This document shows positions 62,858 through 64,000 of a DNA stretch of 64,000 nt, piece after piece. The DNA is from Kangiellaceae bacterium (GTDB lineage: Bacteria; Pseudomonadota; Gammaproteobacteria; Enterobacterales; Kangiellaceae), in NCBI GenBank assembly GCA_026196875.1, contig JAPHTP010000043.1, positions 12,660 to 76,659 on the forward strand, given 5' to 3'. The notes under the pieces were generated by a model, which was given only the letters and a program-made list of their open reading frames with translations, made no database searches and was not told the DNA's origin. The first letter of the stretch is position 1. Every line of letters starts with the position of its first letter. Position numbers and translations under genes: made by a program.

Positions 62858-64000
62858 ATGATTATTGTCCCGACTGAAAAACGATTTGATTGGAAGCACA
62901 CGCCTGTCGCTCTGTTTGCGATTGTGCTTCTCAATATTCTAATATTTTTCTTTTATCAATCAGGCGATGAAGAGAAATATATTCAAGCATTTGATAAATA
63001 CAACTCACTTAATTTAATCAAAGATGAGTGGCCGGCATTCCAGGCGTTTGTTGGTCAAAAAAATGATCCAAATCTAGATGTCATACTGGATTATTATAAC
63101 CAAGGCTATGCTGAAGAGGCTGCCAGCGGCATTCTTTTCAACTTGGAATTTACCCAATTCTTAAATAAATATGCACATCGGTATATTGAAGGTGATAGTT
63201 ACTCCAATTGGAAAACTAAGCGTAAATCAGTTAATGATATTATAGATTCTACGAGTAGTTTTAACTTTGGCTTAGTACCGAGTAACGCCAGCCCACTTGC
63301 CTATATAACTTATCAATTTCTCCATGGTGACCTTATGCACCTGGTTGGCAATCTTTTTTTTCTGATTCTTTGTGGTTTTGCCGTAGAAGCAATAGTTGGT
63401 CATAGAAGGTTTCTCGCTTTCTATTTATTAGGCGGAATCGCGGGAGGGTTGCTGCATAGTTTCCTCAATCAAAAAAGCGCAATTCCTCTTGTTGGTGCTT
63501 CCGGTTCTATTTCTGCAGTAATGGCAATGTATTTAGCAGTTTTCCGGTTAAAACGCATTGAGTTTTTCTACTGGTTTTTTGTCTTTGTTGGCTATATTCG
63601 TTTACCTGCTCTGACTATCCTTCCAATTTACATCGGCAAAGAAATCTTTTCATACTTTAGTGATCAATCGAGCAACGTTGCGTTCATGGCACACACTGGC
63701 GGATTTGTTGGTGGAGCAGTATTGATAGCGTTAAACCAAATGATTTCGCCAAAGTCATTTAACGAAGAGTACATTGAAGAAGATAGCGAAAACGATCCAA
63801 TTAGAGAAAAGATGACGAAATATTTTGAGCAAGTGGAAAAGTTCCGCTTTGACCAGGCTAGAAAGACTTTGGAAGAAGTGATTGAGCAAGATGGGCTAAA
63901 TTTTGAAAGACTTCTATTGCGTTACAATTTACTAAAAATTACGCTCAACAAAGAATACTATCGCTGTGTTATCGAGCTGCTTAATCAATCAGACTTGCCT
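62858..64000 (+). CDS. Rhomboid-family protease with long C-terminal extension (partial, runs off window end)
   Basis: Not in the supplied ORF track because there is no stop before 64000. Own translation shows an open frame from ATG 62858, with HGDLMHLVGNLFFL, GASGSISAVMAMY (GxSG) and AHTGGFVGG (His). Confidence 0.6.
   Translation, partial: MIIVPTEKRFDWKHTPVALFAIVLLNILIFFFYQSGDEEKYIQAFDKYNSLNLIKDEWPAFQAFVGQKNDPNLDVILDYYNQGYAEEAASGILFNLEFTQFLNKYAHRYIEGDSYSNWKTKRKSVNDIIDSTSSFNFGLVPSNASPLAYITYQFLHGDLMHLVGNLFFLILCGFAVEAIVGHRRFLAFYLLGGIAGGLLHSFLNQKSAIPLVGASGSISAVMAMYLAVFRLKRIEFFYWFFVFVGYIRLPALTILPIYIGKEIFSYFSDQSSNVAFMAHTGGFVGGAVLIALNQMISPKSFNEEYIEEDSENDPIREKMTKYFEQVEKFRFDQARKTLEEVIEQDGLNFERLLLRYNLLKITLNKEYYRCVIELLNQSDLP

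Overview
The window is a 64-kb chromosomal segment from an AT-rich gammaproteobacterium. An Alteromonadales-like marine heterotroph is inferred from gene content and the fxsA…groESL synteny. No rRNA, tRNA, CRISPR array or obvious IS/transposon was found.

Gene content, in order:
(i) 1–2.6 kb: an ADP-ribose-related module. It has an NrtR-like winged-helix C-terminal fragment, two tandem DUF4291 paralogs and an ADP-ribosylglycohydrolase.
(ii) 2.9–23.3 kb: a TonB-dependent β-glucoside/β-glucan utilization (CUT-type) locus. It carries a TonB-dependent receptor (TBDR), SapC, two tryptophan-halogenase homologs, GPH and FHS MFS transporters, a GH94-like phosphorylase next to gluconokinase, GH3 and GH1 β-glucosidases and a LacI regulator. 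A 14-bp operator TGTAAGCGCTTWCW recurs five times at the operon heads.
(iii) 23.4–28.5 kb: a DUF4011-like SF1 helicase with a C-terminal nuclease-like tail, a GGDEF cyclase, a hypothetical protein and a periplasmic MBL-fold hydrolase.
(iv) 29.0–38.8 kb: the most unusual region. A YjfJ-type PspA/IM30 paralog, a short rhomboid protease, YqiJ (NfeD), YqiK-like flotillin, a 1796-aa protein with a C-terminal MoxR/AAA_5-type ATPase, and a TIGR02610-like small protein form one co-directional cluster. Paired palindromes GACAT-N3-ATGTC sit upstream.
(v) 38.9–47.3 kb: redox and housekeeping genes. These are Prx5, quinone oxidoreductase, GNAT, two GFA proteins, dsbD-cutA, a REC/degenerate-GGDEF regulator and fxsA.
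(vi) 47.4–57.0 kb: a periplasmic double-β-propeller PAS–GGDEF–EAL sensor, a Kef-type antiporter and a second TBDR.
(vii) 57.0–60.2 kb: an SNF2/SWIM helicase gene interrupted by a single in-frame TAG at a conserved Trp codon.
(viii) 60.5–64.0 kb: a CIRCE element plus a σ32-like promoter, groES-groEL, and a second rhomboid gene that runs off the window.
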